Assembly (NCBI RefSeq): GCF_001194135.2
Contig: NC_068984.1
Span: 56,958,403 to 57,022,402 of the forward strand
Length of the DNA: 64,000 bases
Direction: 5' to 3'
Source of the DNA: Octopus bimaculoides
Lineage: Eukaryota
Shown: positions 36,421 through 50,332 of the stretch, in pieces
Numbering within the stretch: the first letter of the stretch is position 1
Layout: each line of letters opens with the position of its first letter
Program-made: the position numbers and the translations under genes
The notes under the pieces: generated by a model
The model's input: only the letters and a program-made list of their open reading frames with translations
Database searches by the model: none
Told to the model about the DNA's origin: nothing

Positions 36421-37810
36421 TCTCACTCTAAGGGATTAAAAAGAAAAAATATTTTTTCATATTGAGATCTGCAGGGAAGGAGTTTCAGAGGGTTGCTGAT
36501 GTGGGGAAGAAAGGATTGGATAATGTGCTTAGTTTTAGGGAAACGTCTTCATCTATAGTCTAAGAGTTTACTTTCTTATACCTTCTGTGAGACTTCAGCT
36601 TCTGATGGAATCATAATGGCACCATCATGATATATAGTGTATCTTGAGCAGCTCAATGTGGCTGGGTTTATCACCCCAATATTAGACTGGTACTTTATTT
36701 ATCAGCTTCAAAGAAATGGCAAGCAAAACTGACTGTAGCAGTATTTGAACTTTTAGTGTAGAAAGCTGAAGCAAAAACTGCAAGGCATTCTAACTGGCAC
36801 TGTAATAATTTTGCCAATTTACCACCCTATATAAGTATTTTATTGGTGCGGTGCTAAAGTCCTGGCAAGCTAAGTCTCAAGATTTGATTTTTAGCTAACT
36901 CATTTAATTTCACTTGTTCTTTGTACTAATGATGGTGTTATTGTTGTTTAGCTCAAAGACAAGCCTCACTGAACAACCAATAATGAAGGCATTCATGCCA
37001 TGGATATCTGTTCAGTTTTGTTTTCTTTTTTTCATGTACTGCATTATAACCAACATTGTCTAAATTGTTCTTTTTGTGTTTAAGATGGTATGGTGTTGTT
37101 TAAGGAAGAGTTGGCTTCTGTTTCTAGTGGGACAAGAGTTCATGCAGAATCTCCTTCATTGGCTCATCATGCCAATGATTTCCAAGTTGTAAACAATTGT
37201 ATGGAGAATTAGTGGCTGTGCCAAGTTAATTTGGCTGTAATACCCATGCACTTTATACTCTTTTTCATAAAACTGATGTAGAAGGCCTTTACATGATTGG
37301 TTGTCTTACAAGAATTAGCAGCTAAATCTTCCTTAGATCATATATTTCCTTTTTGAAAATGGAAGGACACTTTGGATAATGTAGTCCTATATTAGATACA
37401 CTACTTGAAATATGAATGGAAGGGTTATGACTGAAATATTTTTGATTAGAAGTGTACTTAGTCAGAGCTTGCCTCAGGCTAAATAAGAGCAACAACCACT
37501 AAAATCAAGCATAAAGCAATACCAGTGGCAGTATTTGTAGAACAGGATATTTGAAATCTTCAATAACTGTTTTTTGCCTCTGTTATCTACATTTTAGATA
37601 TTTATTTTTAAAGATACAAACTCTGAATTTTAGGAAGACTATTAGTTCTTCATAATTAAAAAAAGACTGATGCTTCTGAGAGTTAATTGCATTTAAAATT
37701 AGCTTTCTTTCTTATTCTCCTTTTTCTCTTTTTTTTTTTCCCTTCCTTCTCCTCCTGTCTTTTTCTTCCCCTACCTGCTGCCTTTACTACCCTGTATCCA
37801 TTATAAACAG

Positions 37811-37856
37811 AACCATATTAGTGCAAAAGTCAACTTCAGTACTTCCTCAAGACTCA
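37811..37856 (+). CDS. Candidate micro-exon (46 nt, 2>0): TILVQKSTSVLPQDS
   Basis: Long polypyrimidine tract at 37700-37800, acceptor aaacag|, donor TCA|gtaatc; phase fits the chain. Confidence 0.4.
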
Positions 37857-38475
37857 GTAATCAATTGAATGCAAAACTATTTTAGTTTTCCAGTACAAAA
37901 ATTGTTAGTTAAATCACTTTTGAATTTTAATAAAAATAGCTTTTTTTTTTTAATAATTGGTTTCAAAATTTAAAAAATACTTTTTAATAATAGAACCACC
38001 CTGTAAATACACATTTTTTTGTCATACCCTTCTTAAATGATGCAAAATATTCTTCAAACTATCTAATGAAATACTGTTATATTAATATAATTAAATGAGT
38101 AAACTTTTAAAAATAGATTTCCAGATCTAATTTCCAGTGCTCAATAATTAATTTCAACAAGGGAATTATTATGGTAGTTGAAAATTTGCAATTTCTTTGA
38201 AGTTTCTCTAATGTTCAAATCATCACTATATACAAAAAATAGATATATCTTTCTTCTCCCATTAATAAAAATTGATTTTATATCAATCTAATTTCTGTAA
38301 AATCACATGGTAATTATTAAACAGTTGTTGATACTTGGATAAAGCTAAATGCATTGAGGTGTTTTTTGTTAGAATCAAAGTAGTTTCTGAACTAGATGCA
38401 AGGTGACTTTGAATCAGTACCATTTTCATATCAAACTGGTCTTTTCACATGTAATATATAAAATGTTTGTATGTA

Positions 38476-38480
<5 letters not shown>

Positions 38481-38542
<62 letters not shown>
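38481..38542. repeat. (GT)n microsatellite
   Basis: Read directly from the sequence. Confidence 0.95.
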
Positions 38543-38544
<2 letters not shown>

Positions 38545-39424
38545 TATGCCAGGTTACTTCTAGCACTAATTGTAATATGTAATCCAGTACAACCTGTTAC
38601 ATGGTCAGGCTGTAGGTGAGCAAACCACCTACTCTGTCAAGTCTGCTTGGTAAAGAGGATGGTTTTCATTGCACACCCTGAACTCAGTAGAGTCAGTGGC
38701 CATGCAGCGGCTGAGAGTGAGCAATCTCTTGTCTATGTTTAAAAATCCCTGTAAGAGAAGGAGATTCTGAAATAACACTTACCTCATTGCAAAACCAGAG
38801 ATCATGCTGTTGCTAGTTTCTGAACTACTATGCTCTGTAGGCTAGAGTCTTAATCGTGTTGTGCAAGCTGTTATTGACTTTAAGTTTCAGCACAGCTATT
38901 GTCTTTAACATCGATAAGATTATTAGTAATCTATGAGTTGGCACCCCACCCCCCACACACACATACACAGAACAATGTACCAGCTCATTTTAAATATATT
39001 CTGGAAGATTCAAATGTGAATATCTGTTTGCTGTTGCTTTTGGTAATGGAGAACAACTCCTCCCTTTATTTAGATGTTGTGTATTTCTAACACACATGAT
39101 TCACCAGTGCAAGGTGACTTTGAGACACCATAGTGTTTCAACCCTGTGCCTCCTCAGTTGAAGTTATCCATCTGCTCTGATGAATCCAAGTGTATGAGCT
39201 GTTGTTTATAGGAATCAGCAAACAAATTATCTGTTATTCTAAGCTACCCCTCTAGTTTGCTGGATCTGACAAAAGTATAAGTTGTTGTTTATAGGAATCA
39301 GCAAACAAATTATTTGTTGATATGTGTTCATGTCTGCCAACTAGATAATAATTCATGGAGTGCATGCAGTACAGCAGAAATCCTAACAATAATGTTTCTA
39401 TTCAGTCTTAATACATTCTGGTAG

Positions 39425-39481
39425 ATTCAAATGTGGTTATTGGCTATTGCTATTCATCAATGGAGAACGCTTCATGGAAAG
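39425..39481 (+). CDS. Candidate exon (57 nt, 0>0): IQMWLLAIAIHQWRTLHGK
   Basis: Weak acceptor aatacattctggtag| and donor AAG|gtattt; QWRTLH resembles recalled EWQRLH. Confidence 0.35.
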
Positions 39482-40018
39482 GTATTTTTGACTGAGGAGA
39501 TGCACAATGTCATGCAACCAATCCTGCTATAAACATGTAAAGTAGAACTTGCTGATAAGACAAATGGGAATAATGTATAATTGATATCTCACATTAATTA
39601 AAAGATACAAACTTGGAGGGTAGATGATTAAAATGGTTCCAGTACATGACTGCATTTTATTGATTTTGAAAGATGAAAAGTAATATTGACCTAGGCATGA
39701 TCAACTTTTTCATCACTGTTGTCACAATTTGTTGCCTGTGTATTTTCCTCCTTGTAGTTGCAGGCGCCTTGTATCATCTTAAGCGAGGTGCTTAAAATAA
39801 ATGCTTCTCAAAGTTTATTTCTCGTACTTGAAGTGGAAAACAGCCTACTCTCATTTCAGAATGAGGCTAAACTTTCATTTTCCGATGGCATTTCATTGTT
39901 TACTCGCCATGAGGTACACAAGCTTTTAAATATATCATAAGATTTTTGATTTTTTTTACTGGACCAAAATGGTTGCTCCTGCATTTAATGAAGCTTTTCT
40001 GGAAGAAATCTTGGTGGG

Positions 40019-40521
40019 ATTCTGGTTTAAGCACTCCATATAACCCCTCATAACATTTAAAATTTTTGGAATTTTCTGAAAATATTTGTGTTCTGCACAC
40101 AAGAACTCATATGATTATGGGGAAAAAAATTTTTTTCTTAATTTTTTAAACCTCCTCTCCAAATCCTAAAACTTTTTTGAATTTTGATTTTTTTAATCAG
40201 AGATTAACATATGGACACTTTCAATTTTTTGCTTAAATCCCAGCAATGGGCCAGCCTTCAATGCATCATCATTCTATTAAATGTGGAGAAAAATATTTAG
40301 AAACATTAATACATGTCAGAGTGGCAAAGAAATGAAGAAGGTATCAAGGAGTTGTACAATATGCTAAAAACAACAGCTGAATCATCCTTAAATCACACAC
40401 AAAAATATTTTTTGTAATCCTATCAATTCCTGTGTGCAGAACACAAATTCACAAAAATTTTCAAATAATTCCACAAAACAAAAAAGTTATGAGGAGTTAT
40501 ATGGAGTGCTTAAACAAGAAT
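40019..40521. repeat. Inverted repeat, ~100-bp arms and ~300-bp spacer (MITE-like)
   Basis: Arms 40019-40117 and 40415-40521 (gtttaagcactccatataac..gtgttctgcacac); visible as the mirrored ORFs MCRTQI on both strands. Confidence 0.85.
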
Positions 40522-42183
40522 TCTGCTGAAATGTTGTTTGATTCTGACTCAGATGATGATGATTCTGGAAGATTCACTCCGGGAGATATCGATGGTGAAA
40601 TGGTTGGAGGTATTGATGAAGACTGACTGTTTTATAGTGATATTGAGAATAACACCAAGTGAATACTATCACCCATGGGTGGGTAATTTTCAAAAGTTAC
40701 TGGCCTCAAAGAGGTATCTGATGAAGGGTGTGTGAGCTTGCAGTTCCTCAGTTGAAAGTTCCATTTGTCAAATCATATAAATTGCTATCCTGTTGAATAA
40801 AAGAGACTAAACTTGATGCATTTTAAACTTTGGAATAATCTGTAGCATACCATGGCTCTTATTTGTTGAAATGCTCAACAAGATGATATCCTCTTATAAA
40901 CATGATGAAGTATAATAAACAGAACAGAGTTTTTGTATAACTGATTTTATTTTAGTTACAGGTGGGACAATATTGATCATATCAGTTTATAATACCCTAT
41001 TAACTGGTCCCTTTATTCTAGCTGATAAAATTACAGATTGCAATTATTTCAAAATAAAACTAAGCTAATGGAAGAAATAAAATAAATTAAAAATAAGAGC
41101 ATAAAACTAATATAAAAAGTGGAATTAGAAAAGTTTATAAGATATTTCATTCTAAGATATTTGTTTCCAGTGTTCACTATTGTATTGAATTTAATGTTAC
41201 TGAAGGAAATGATTTCACAAATGGGCTTCCCTTTAAAGGTTCTGAACGATTGCTCTCACATATATTATGGTTTCCTTTGTTGTTTTGTTCTGAAACATCA
41301 TTTCTATAAAAAAATAATAATAACAAAACGAAACAAGAGAAAAAACTAATAAAACATTCTTTGATCACTTGGTGTTTCAACAAACCAATTTTCTCAAGCA
41401 TTCATTATCTGTATTCCAATATCTTTGTTCTTAATTTTGAAATTTTCTCAAAAGATTCCCCCCACCCCTGCTTTTTGTCTTTTTTTTTTTAGTCTTTTAT
41501 TCTGCTAGAATTGGCATCCAACAATTTAATCATTTCACTTGCTTACTCTTTCTCTCTGTCTGTCTGTCTGTCTCTCTCTCTCTCCCCCCTCCTCTTATCT
41601 GCAAATACCATTTTGTTCTTTTGTTCTTTTATATAGAATGCTAAAATATTTTTCATTTGCTTATCTACTTATTTTTCTTTTGTCATTTATTGGATTGGCT
41701 TCTTCACCCATCATATGATAAGTTAAACCCTCAGTCTTATAATCATCACCATAAAGAGATAAAAAAATATTCTAGTAAATGCACACTTTGAATCCTTTTT
41801 AAATAAATGAGAATAAAAGAATATAAATTCAAATTTTCCACCAGTGCAGTTATTGAGTCAGATCTGCTCAGTTGAAGAATAGAAAAATTGGTTGATTTTA
41901 CATTATAATATGTTTAATTTATTTTGTTCTGTTCTCTGTTCTTGGATAACAGACAGTTTCATATTTGGCTTACTTATATCTTATAGTTCTAAAAATCATA
42001 TGCATACTGTGATAAAATTTAAAACAAATATAATAAGCGAAAGTCATTTCTTTAATTTTTTGTTTTGAATGAATTAGATATAAAATATATCTCTAAACAG
42101 GTCTAATGGGTTTTTTTTTTCCCCACTCAGCATTTTGTGAGTCATTCTAATGATCTTGTAACCCACCACCTACCACACCGGGG

Positions 42184-42186
<3 letters not shown>

Positions 42187-42230
<44 letters not shown>
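42187..42230. repeat. (AG)n microsatellite
   Basis: Read directly from the sequence. Confidence 0.95.
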
Positions 42231-42235
<5 letters not shown>

Positions 42236-43044
42236 ATTGTGGAAGAATTGTTTCAGCAATTTAAGAAGACACACAAACTGTTTATTTGTTTCTTAATAGT
42301 AGTCTGCAGTGAAGTGTCAAAAAGTTTTGCCTTACTTCTGTGATCTGATCATTGTCACTTTATTTCACTGTTATGTGGAAGAATGTCTGTGACACTTTTA
42401 TTACTGTCCATCATTCTTTCTGAAATACATGTAGACATAAATACACACATCAATGTGTGACATCCTTTTGCATGCTAATGAATATATAGTTTGAGGCCCC
42501 TAACTGCTGTCAAAATTTTTAAATGCATGAGTCACAAGACCTTATTTTATTGAACCTCACAAGATGTGAAGCTAAGGAATGAAACTTAAGACCTTTATGT
42601 TCTCGTCTTTATGTCAAATCTCCAAATTTGAAGACTATTCTACAAGAAACAAGACTCCAATCCACAGAAGTAGAATATACATAAGAAGATAGATTGTGAT
42701 TGTTGTTTAACCCAAGGTCCATCTATTCATTGAATTGCTAGGTTACACCTTTTGAAATGTCACTGGTTTTAATATAATATAATGTTTTTTTTGGGTTTTT
42801 TTTCATATTTTTGCATTGACACTGCATTGGATAACAGTGACAGTGTTGCTTGTTTATATCTCCCTTTAAAAAAAAGTTCTGCAAGCCAGTTTGACATGTG
42901 AAGTTCGTTTGAATAAAGTACTTCACTTGAAAACAAGTAAAGGTTTGTGTAACAAAGGGCATTAGGCTGTAGGTAGAATATTGCCTCGAGAAGACTTTTT
43001 AGCAATGTGAAAATAAATGCCTTACTCAAGGATACAAAGCGCTG

Positions 43045-43704
43045 GGATCTTGTTCAAAACGGGGGCACCAGTTTTCATTAATGTTTTATGTAGTGTTTTT
43101 GGTACCGAAAGACTTTCAAACTTCGTATACTTATCTATTTTGTGTTATAGAACAGAAAAAAATTTTTGTATTCAGATTTATTTCATGTAAAAAATTGTCT
43201 TATTTCGATAATTTCAACCAATCACTGTTTACAGTATTCAGCTGTTTACAAGTTACTCCTTTGGCACTTTAAGCGGTGTAAAGCGTATTTAATCTCCATT
43301 ACTTCTGACATTTTGCAGAGGCAACACACATGTGTTCGTTTTCCCTAACCCTAACCGACTTGCTCCTTCCCTCAAAAACCATGCCTTGTGCCTATAATAG
43401 AAAGGTTTATTAGCTACTGCCAATATGCTTCAGCCATTTTTTGACAAGGAAATAATAATTTTATCACCGCCGAGATTCGTTTGTTTACGTAGTCAGCACT
43501 TAATTTTTACGGCTGAATGGACGTCAGTCATTGGTTGAAATTACAGAAATACGACAACTTTAACATGAAATAACTTGCGATGTACGTTTTTTTGTTAAGA
43601 AGACTAAGAGAAAAAGATGTTTTATATGACACATTCTACCAGTGTCCCAAGTTTCAAAGTGTTTCATTGAGAAAATACTGGTGCCCCCGTTTTGAACAAG
43701 ATCC
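43045..43704. mobile_element. Non-autonomous DNA transposon (660 bp) with perfect 28-bp TIRs and a perfect 8-bp TSD
   Basis: TIR GGATCTTGTTCAAAACGGGGGCACCAGT (43045-43072 and 43677-43704); TSD AAGCGCTG (43037-43044 and 43705-43712); it interrupts a SINE remnant. Confidence 0.92.
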
Positions 43705-44026
43705 AAGCGCTGTCCAATCAAGGAATTGAACTTAGGACTTTATGATTGTGAGCCCAACTCCCTAACCACTGGGTAATGCACTTTTACACACACATACATA
43801 CAAGTTTGTGTATATAAATATACACACATGCACACACCTACACACACGTAAGCATTGTATACCCTATTTATTGTGAGCATGCACACACAAACGCAGTAGT
43901 GGAGAATGTGTAAACTAGGAGCCTTAATAGCTACTACAAAACAGCACCACAGCCACCACCATCCCAGTGATAAAATGCTGTTTCCCTTTTTATATTAACT
44001 ACATACATAGAAATGGAATGGTGGAG

Positions 44027-44067
<41 letters not shown>

Positions 44068-45670
44068 AATTCTTATCTATAAACATCCAGGCCTGAAATA
44101 AAATGCAACTAAATTCAATGCTGGGGTTCTGCTAAGCATTTATTCTATGTTCTCATATACAATCCCCATTTTAATCCCCATTTACAAGATTGGTGAGTGA
44201 AAGTTATCCTCAGAATTTTGGATTGGTCTAAATGCTTACATCAGAGTAAACTTTGTTTAAGGCACCTAAGGCCCAAGTGGTGATGTTAAACTGGGTGACA
44301 GATTAAGGCTGCCATCCAAGAACAAGAATAGTCCCTCTGATGAGATTCTACAGTTTCCACCTACAAAATTTTGTTTGCAATGCTTTGGTTAACCCAAGGT
44401 TATGGTAGAAAACACTTGCTCAAAATCCAAATAGTGGAATTAATTGAACCCATTACCACGTGTGGTACTGAAATATCGAAATCCATTTTGTCTGATGTGC
44501 TACCAATTCAGCCATCTTATTTATGTACAGCATCATGAGTTAACGTCAATAATATCAGATGTTAGCTATCCAAGAAAAAACATTACAGACTGAGTAACCA
44601 TGTTTGTGATACAAACTTAAACCCAGAGCCATGCCACTTCTGCCCAAACAAGAATTAGATTGACTTCTATTTAATCTGGATAATTTATCAACCATAAAAG
44701 GATAAAAAGCAAAGTGAAAATTGGCAGGATTTGGACTCAAAACATAAAGGAATTTAATCAAATATCAAAAGGTATTTTGTTTGATGCTCTACCAATTTGT
44801 CCATCCCATTTCTGTACAACATCAATAATATCAGATTATAGCTACCCAAGAAAATAATATTGTGAACTACTTACTTACTATAGCACCCATGTTTCAAACT
44901 ATAAACTAGTGATGTTAAGGTCTCTTGGTTTATCATGTATTTTTTATTATCTCCAGGTCAACCTTGATTAAACTGACTTACAATCAAAGATTTTCTAGTT
45001 GTAACAATGCTGCTTTTCCCACCCCAGGGTAGGGAGCTAGATCATCTAATGTGTCCTCGCTTTCCCAAGACACTTGTAATGGAAATTTAGCTGATATTTC
45101 TAGCAAATTAAATGACCACATAAGGACTCTCTCATTGATTCATATATATGTGTGTATATCTATCGTTACACTCATACATGCACTCATATTTACATATTTA
45201 TGCTTTCATGTATGTGAATCCCATATAATATACATACACACAAAGCTTACATCTTGGGTTAGTTCTTTAGGCTAGATAAAATGTTCAGCGATTAACTTTT
45301 AATTAGGTGAGATAGTTGTTGGGCTTACAATCCAGCTAGTTGGTGCATATATGGTTGCCATATGCCACCATATTAATTTAAGATGTAGACATGTTATGCA
45401 TGTATTCAAAATATGTTTGCTATTAGATATATAAAATGAAGTACCATAGTTACAGTTTGCTGTGAGGAATGAAAAATCCAACATTTCAGATATTTGTCCT
45501 GAGATAAAAAAAAATATGTGTATTCAATAGCACAATTGAAGAACCATACTATTCACATACATTCATTTAATGTATCAGCACTAGAAGAATATCTTTATTG
45601 TTTTGTGAGAGTTTATTTTTCAGTATCCTTTTGAATATTAACTCTACAGGTGGACACTGGGAAAATGTTT

Positions 45671-45732
45671 AATCTAAAGGTGGACAATAATGCCAAAACT
45701 GAATCTAAAGGTGGACAATAATGCCAAAACTG
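45671..45732. repeat. Perfect 31-bp tandem duplication
   Basis: (aatctaaaggtggacaataatgccaaaactg)x2. Confidence 0.95.
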
Positions 45733-48700
45733 GTTGAGAACCCTTGCTCTATATGGTCTCTTGTTGACATGTTAGAAACAGCTGTCATATCATCTTAAAA
45801 AAGAATGACATTTTGGATAATGTAGTTCTAGATATCTAAAGCGACGGACTGGGTAGAATGGCTTTGATTATAGTTCTTTTTGATCATGACTGATCTGGGG
45901 TTAAGCAACAAGTTCCATCCACTACATTATGCAGATACCCTACCACTTTCTCTCTCTTACACACACTAACACTTTACTGTATTCATTTATGATCTTATTC
46001 CTGCTCATAAATTACATCATAAATTCATTTAAATGATAATTTATGCTTCTTTTCATGAAAGTAGTTTTTTTCACCATGTTTCTTCTTTCTCATATAGTAT
46101 TGTTCTAACATTGATTTTTATTGGCAATCACTTTTTCTTCGTGATTATTCCAGTTATCATTTTAAACTTCTTTCCTTATTCATCCATTCCTTGTTTATTG
46201 ATTTATATTGTTCAGCTCACTGATTCATAATGTATTATGTAGACTTTGTTCCAGAATCCATAGCTCTATCATTCTCCTTGTCAAGAGAAACAGTTGTTTC
46301 ACAAGGAAAACTTGTTAATTTCTGGAGGTGTTAATTTTTTTTTTTTTTAATGATGTGAAAATGCTAACAAATTCATCAATGATTGCATAAACTTATGCTT
46401 ATTTGCTTATCCCTTCTCACTTATGTGTTTATATCTGTTTGAAATATGATATAGCATGACCAGTTATCAGGTAACACCATGAGTTAATTTTATTGTGTAG
46501 AACATCTTTGGCCAGTTGTCATAATTGTTCGAAGAATTTTCATAAATTTTCCAATTAGTATTTGTTGTATAGCCTTGCAACAATGATCATCTAATCTAGG
46601 AGTTACCTACATTCCTTAATGAGTGTGCTTACTCTTCTACCAGAAAGTAGGTTGTGATTTGTGAGTAATTTGAGTGCTATTTTTAGCAGGTTGAGTAACA
46701 ATGTAGCTTAAGTTGGTTAAAAATGTTAACACTCCATTTTCAAAATCTGTTTCATATTTCTACTGGATAAAACAACAACAAAAAACATACAACATCTTTT
46801 ACTATAGCCTTGGGCCAACCAAAGCCTTGTGAGTTGATCTGGTAGACGGAAACTGAAAGAAGCTCATGAGATATGTGTGTGTGTGTGTTGAGTTTTTATT
46901 GACCCTTTTTACAAGAGAACATAGGATGAAATGAGTGGCCTTTTTGTATACCTAAGACTGCATTGTCCAATGTATCCTTCACTTTTAAATCAGTAGGGTG
47001 TCATTTTTAGGGAGATTTGGCTGCTATTTCTACCAAGGTGAGGACTGCATTCTGGCACACTCATTGAATCATGGGTGGATGTTATTGTGATTATTGTTCA
47101 GTTTGAATTGTTGCAGGAAGAAATGGATTAGCCTTATCCATATCCAGCCAAAACAGTTTACTTGTTTAATGTTCAAACTGGCCAGATTTGGCCTCTTACA
47201 CCTACCCAACAATGTCATTCTAAAAATATCCAGTTTTATCATCGAAACCTCAAAACTGTAAGACAATGTGTGATTAATTAAAAACAATGTGAATAAATAA
47301 GCATTACATTTGACAAAGTATGAATACTAAAGGGCTAAAGTTTAGAGCAAGAAGGATTATACTATGTTTAGTAAAAGATTTCGATACCTAATAGATAAGA
47401 GGAGATACTGTAAAGTAATAAGAAGAGGGATAGAGGTATAAATCAAAAAGATTCAGATGAGGAGAGCATGGACACTGAACATTTAGAAAATCCTGAGCCA
47501 TTGTATCTAACTTAATACAGTTCAAATTCATTTAATTTTATCCACTTTAACTGTAGCAAGCATCTTGAATAGACTAAAGGCGAAGTCTTTTTTTTTTTTT
47601 TGTAGACTAGAGAGGTAGATAATTAACATAAAATTTGACATACATCTATTATACACTCAGTTGGTTGAATTCTCATGTTAAGGCTTGGTATTTAATACAA
47701 AAGAAAATATATTTGGGTAGTCATTAAAAAATTTTATTTTCAGTAATTGTTGAAATATTCAACTTGTGTTGGACTATGACAAGTGCATGTTCTCTCATAT
47801 AAGGAAGAGAAACTGTTTTATGCATAAATGAAAATTTAGATATAGTTTTTATTTTTTATAAAGCAAAACAAAAAAAAAGTTAAATAAATAAATGCATGAA
47901 TGACCTTTGTTTTAAATATTCAGTTAGATCTTATAATTATACTGGGAGTGGAACTTGTTCACTCCTGTCACTGTTTTTAATGTTTTATTTGATCAAAGAC
48001 ACATGTTAATTAGCTTTATATATGATTATGATCATGATGCGGTTATTAATCTATAAATTTACCATATAATTGCCATATCACTATATGGAGATAATGTTGT
48101 CAGTGAACCTTGCAGATCTAAAGCTAAATGGTTTACTATCTGGTTTAGCTTTATACTCCTAAAGCAAGTGTAATGATTGTAATACCTTAGAGTAATGATT
48201 GTAGTACCTTAGAGCAAGTGTAATGATTGGAGAGCAAGTGTATAGGGTTAGTCAGTTTTATGAATTGTAGTTTTTGTATTTGTAAGATTTTTGATGTGAA
48301 TTCATGTGTTGAAACAAATTTTGTTGCATCTTGGGAGAATTGTTACACCAATAATAATACACACACTGGTTCAATATCACTTCTTTATTGTCAGTCAGTT
48401 GGTTAAATATCTAACCAGTTAACTAATCAATTGTTTGTTTATTGTGCTAGACTGAGAGAGGAAGTCACTAAGTCACTGAAAAGGTTGTGGACAGTGATGA
48501 AAGAACCTTGGCTGATAAACGACCGATTGATTGTTTAACCAGCATGTTAAACAAACAATCAATTAGTTAGATATCATTATTGACATAATGATCCTCCCAA
48601 GACACAACATGAATTGTAGTTGTTTAGAAGTAGAAAGTTATTTGGCAGGATGGAGGAAAATAGCTGCTTGCTTTCGTGAATGAAGGCCTGCCTGTTCTAG

Positions 48701-49218
48701 GCCTTTTCTAAATGTTATCTTGGATTATGTTGGTTTAGAGAGGGAAAATGTATCTTTTATATACAAATACTAATTTAAACAAAAACAAACTTAAACAAAA
48801 AAGAAAGACATGATAAATAAACATGCAGAAACAAAATCAAAAACAAAATAAAATTACTTTCAGTTCATTATATTATTTTCTTCTTGAAACTTCCTATAGA
48901 ACATCCCTTGCCAACATATGTTTTATATCTATGGAAGGTAGAGGAAGTTAGATTAATTTAGTAACTTTTAAGTAACTAAGAAATTCCAGTTTGCTTAGAA
49001 ATAATTTGTTTACATCTGAGGTGTAAAAATATGAGCACCAACATCATTGGTCCTTTAGAATATGACAGCATTGAGTTTTGATTTTAGAAACAAGAAATAT
49101 GCTTGCACAAGATTACTAATTTAGGTTTATCATAATTAAAAAGTAACTATTTCTTGTCTTCTCTAAAAGAATCTCAAATGGCTTCTTGTGAAATATTTTG
49201 TTCCTTTTTCATTTAAAG

Positions 49219-49300
49219 AAAGAGTATAATAATCAGCCCAGTAATGTAACTTTTGGAGATCTCTTCAAAGCCATGATCCATACTGAAACACAGCTAGAAA
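49219..49300 (+). CDS. Candidate coding exon (82 nt, 0>1): KEYNNQPSNVTFGDLFKAMIHTETQLE
   Basis: Acceptor ttttgttcctttttcatttaaag| and donor A|gtaaat; open frame with protein-like composition. Confidence 0.5.
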
Positions 49301-49429
49301 GTAAATCTCCAAAAGTTTCAGCTAATTTAACTCTGTATTATTCTTCAATTTGCTAGAAATTGTGGTCAGATCTACCTCAAGTCATACTCGGCAGTCCCCA
49401 AGAAAGAACTTGTGTATTCTTGGATACTA

Positions 49430-49850
49430 TAATTGTTTCCAACGCTACTTGATATAAAGGAGCTTGTCCATGATCTTGCCAAGGTTGTCTATTCAGTATT
49501 TTTGTTTAAGCCTCTGTCCAATCATACTCTCCTCTTTCTCTTGGTATTCTTCTCAGCCAAGCAAGTGTAGGTTTTCTTTTTTTTGGTTTTGTGGTCTATC
49601 CATGCTACTGTTTGATGATGCATTTGCCAGTCAGGACCAAAGCACATAGCCCAACCTTTGCCATCAATTCTTCATTACTTCTCTAGCCATACATGTTATT
49701 TTTTTTTTCTGTCTTGAATCATTTCATTTTCCAGAAATTCATGCCATCTGATCTCCAAGATTCCATGTTATGCTTTATTTTCAAAGAAGTTCTGGATACA
49801 TTATACCTTGGACAAAGACAAAATAATCATGTTTAAACTTCTTTCATCCT
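49430..49850 (-). mobile_element. Decayed RTE-type LINE 3' fragment
   Basis: Minus-strand frames give RLGYVL, AWIDHKTKK, TLAWLRR and WQDHGQAP, resembling the RTE end RW.GH.LR..ALTW.P.GKR.RGRPK.TWRR..WR.LV.AL. Confidence 0.5.
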
Positions 49851-50332
49851 ACACCTATTCAATTAGGGCTAACCTGTAGATAAGCAACAACTAATTAGAA
49901 TTGCTCATTATCATATCAATATTTAAAAGATTATGAAAATGATTACAGACCTTTAAGAGTTAGAATTTAATTCTCATGTTCTTTGTTGGACTACAGTTGC
50001 TTTATTTTCTTTTTGTCTCAAAATGGTTGAATGTACATAAATAGAAAACATTTTTCTTCTGTAAACTTTACTATGGGCTCAGATTAGATAAAACACAGTT
50101 CTAGAAACATGTTTTATTTTTTAAGCTGGAGACTCCACTTAGTATTACATTTTTGTTGTTTAGGTCTAGAGTAAACTGATTGACCAGGACTATTTCAGCT
50201 GTGACTTTGTCGTCTTCTTTTAAGCATAGTGCACCCAAGTGGATGCAATAGGAGGAAGATGTGGCTACTATTTCTAGCAGGGCAAAAGACTGCATAGAAA
50301 CACCCCTGTTTTCTTGCAATAAGTACTTACTG

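Noticed and set aside
36952-37010. Candidate exon containing MPW, matching a recalled GEMIN4 motif
   Set aside because: The sequence is a degenerate family D repeat (ttgttgtttagc..aaggcattc) with no good donor; the match is coincidental.
40962-41070. Acceptor ttttagttacag| followed by WDNIDHISL* or GTILIISVYNTLL...
   Set aside because: No donor, and no frame consistent with neighbouring exons.
43343-43356. CCCTAA telomere-like repeat
   Set aside because: Only two units, internal to a MITE; not an interstitial telomere.
46243-46327. Open phase 1>2 segment DFVPESIALSFSLSRETVVSQGKLVNFW
   Set aside because: Weak acceptor, and its phases do not fit the adjacent candidate exons without two further unseen exons.
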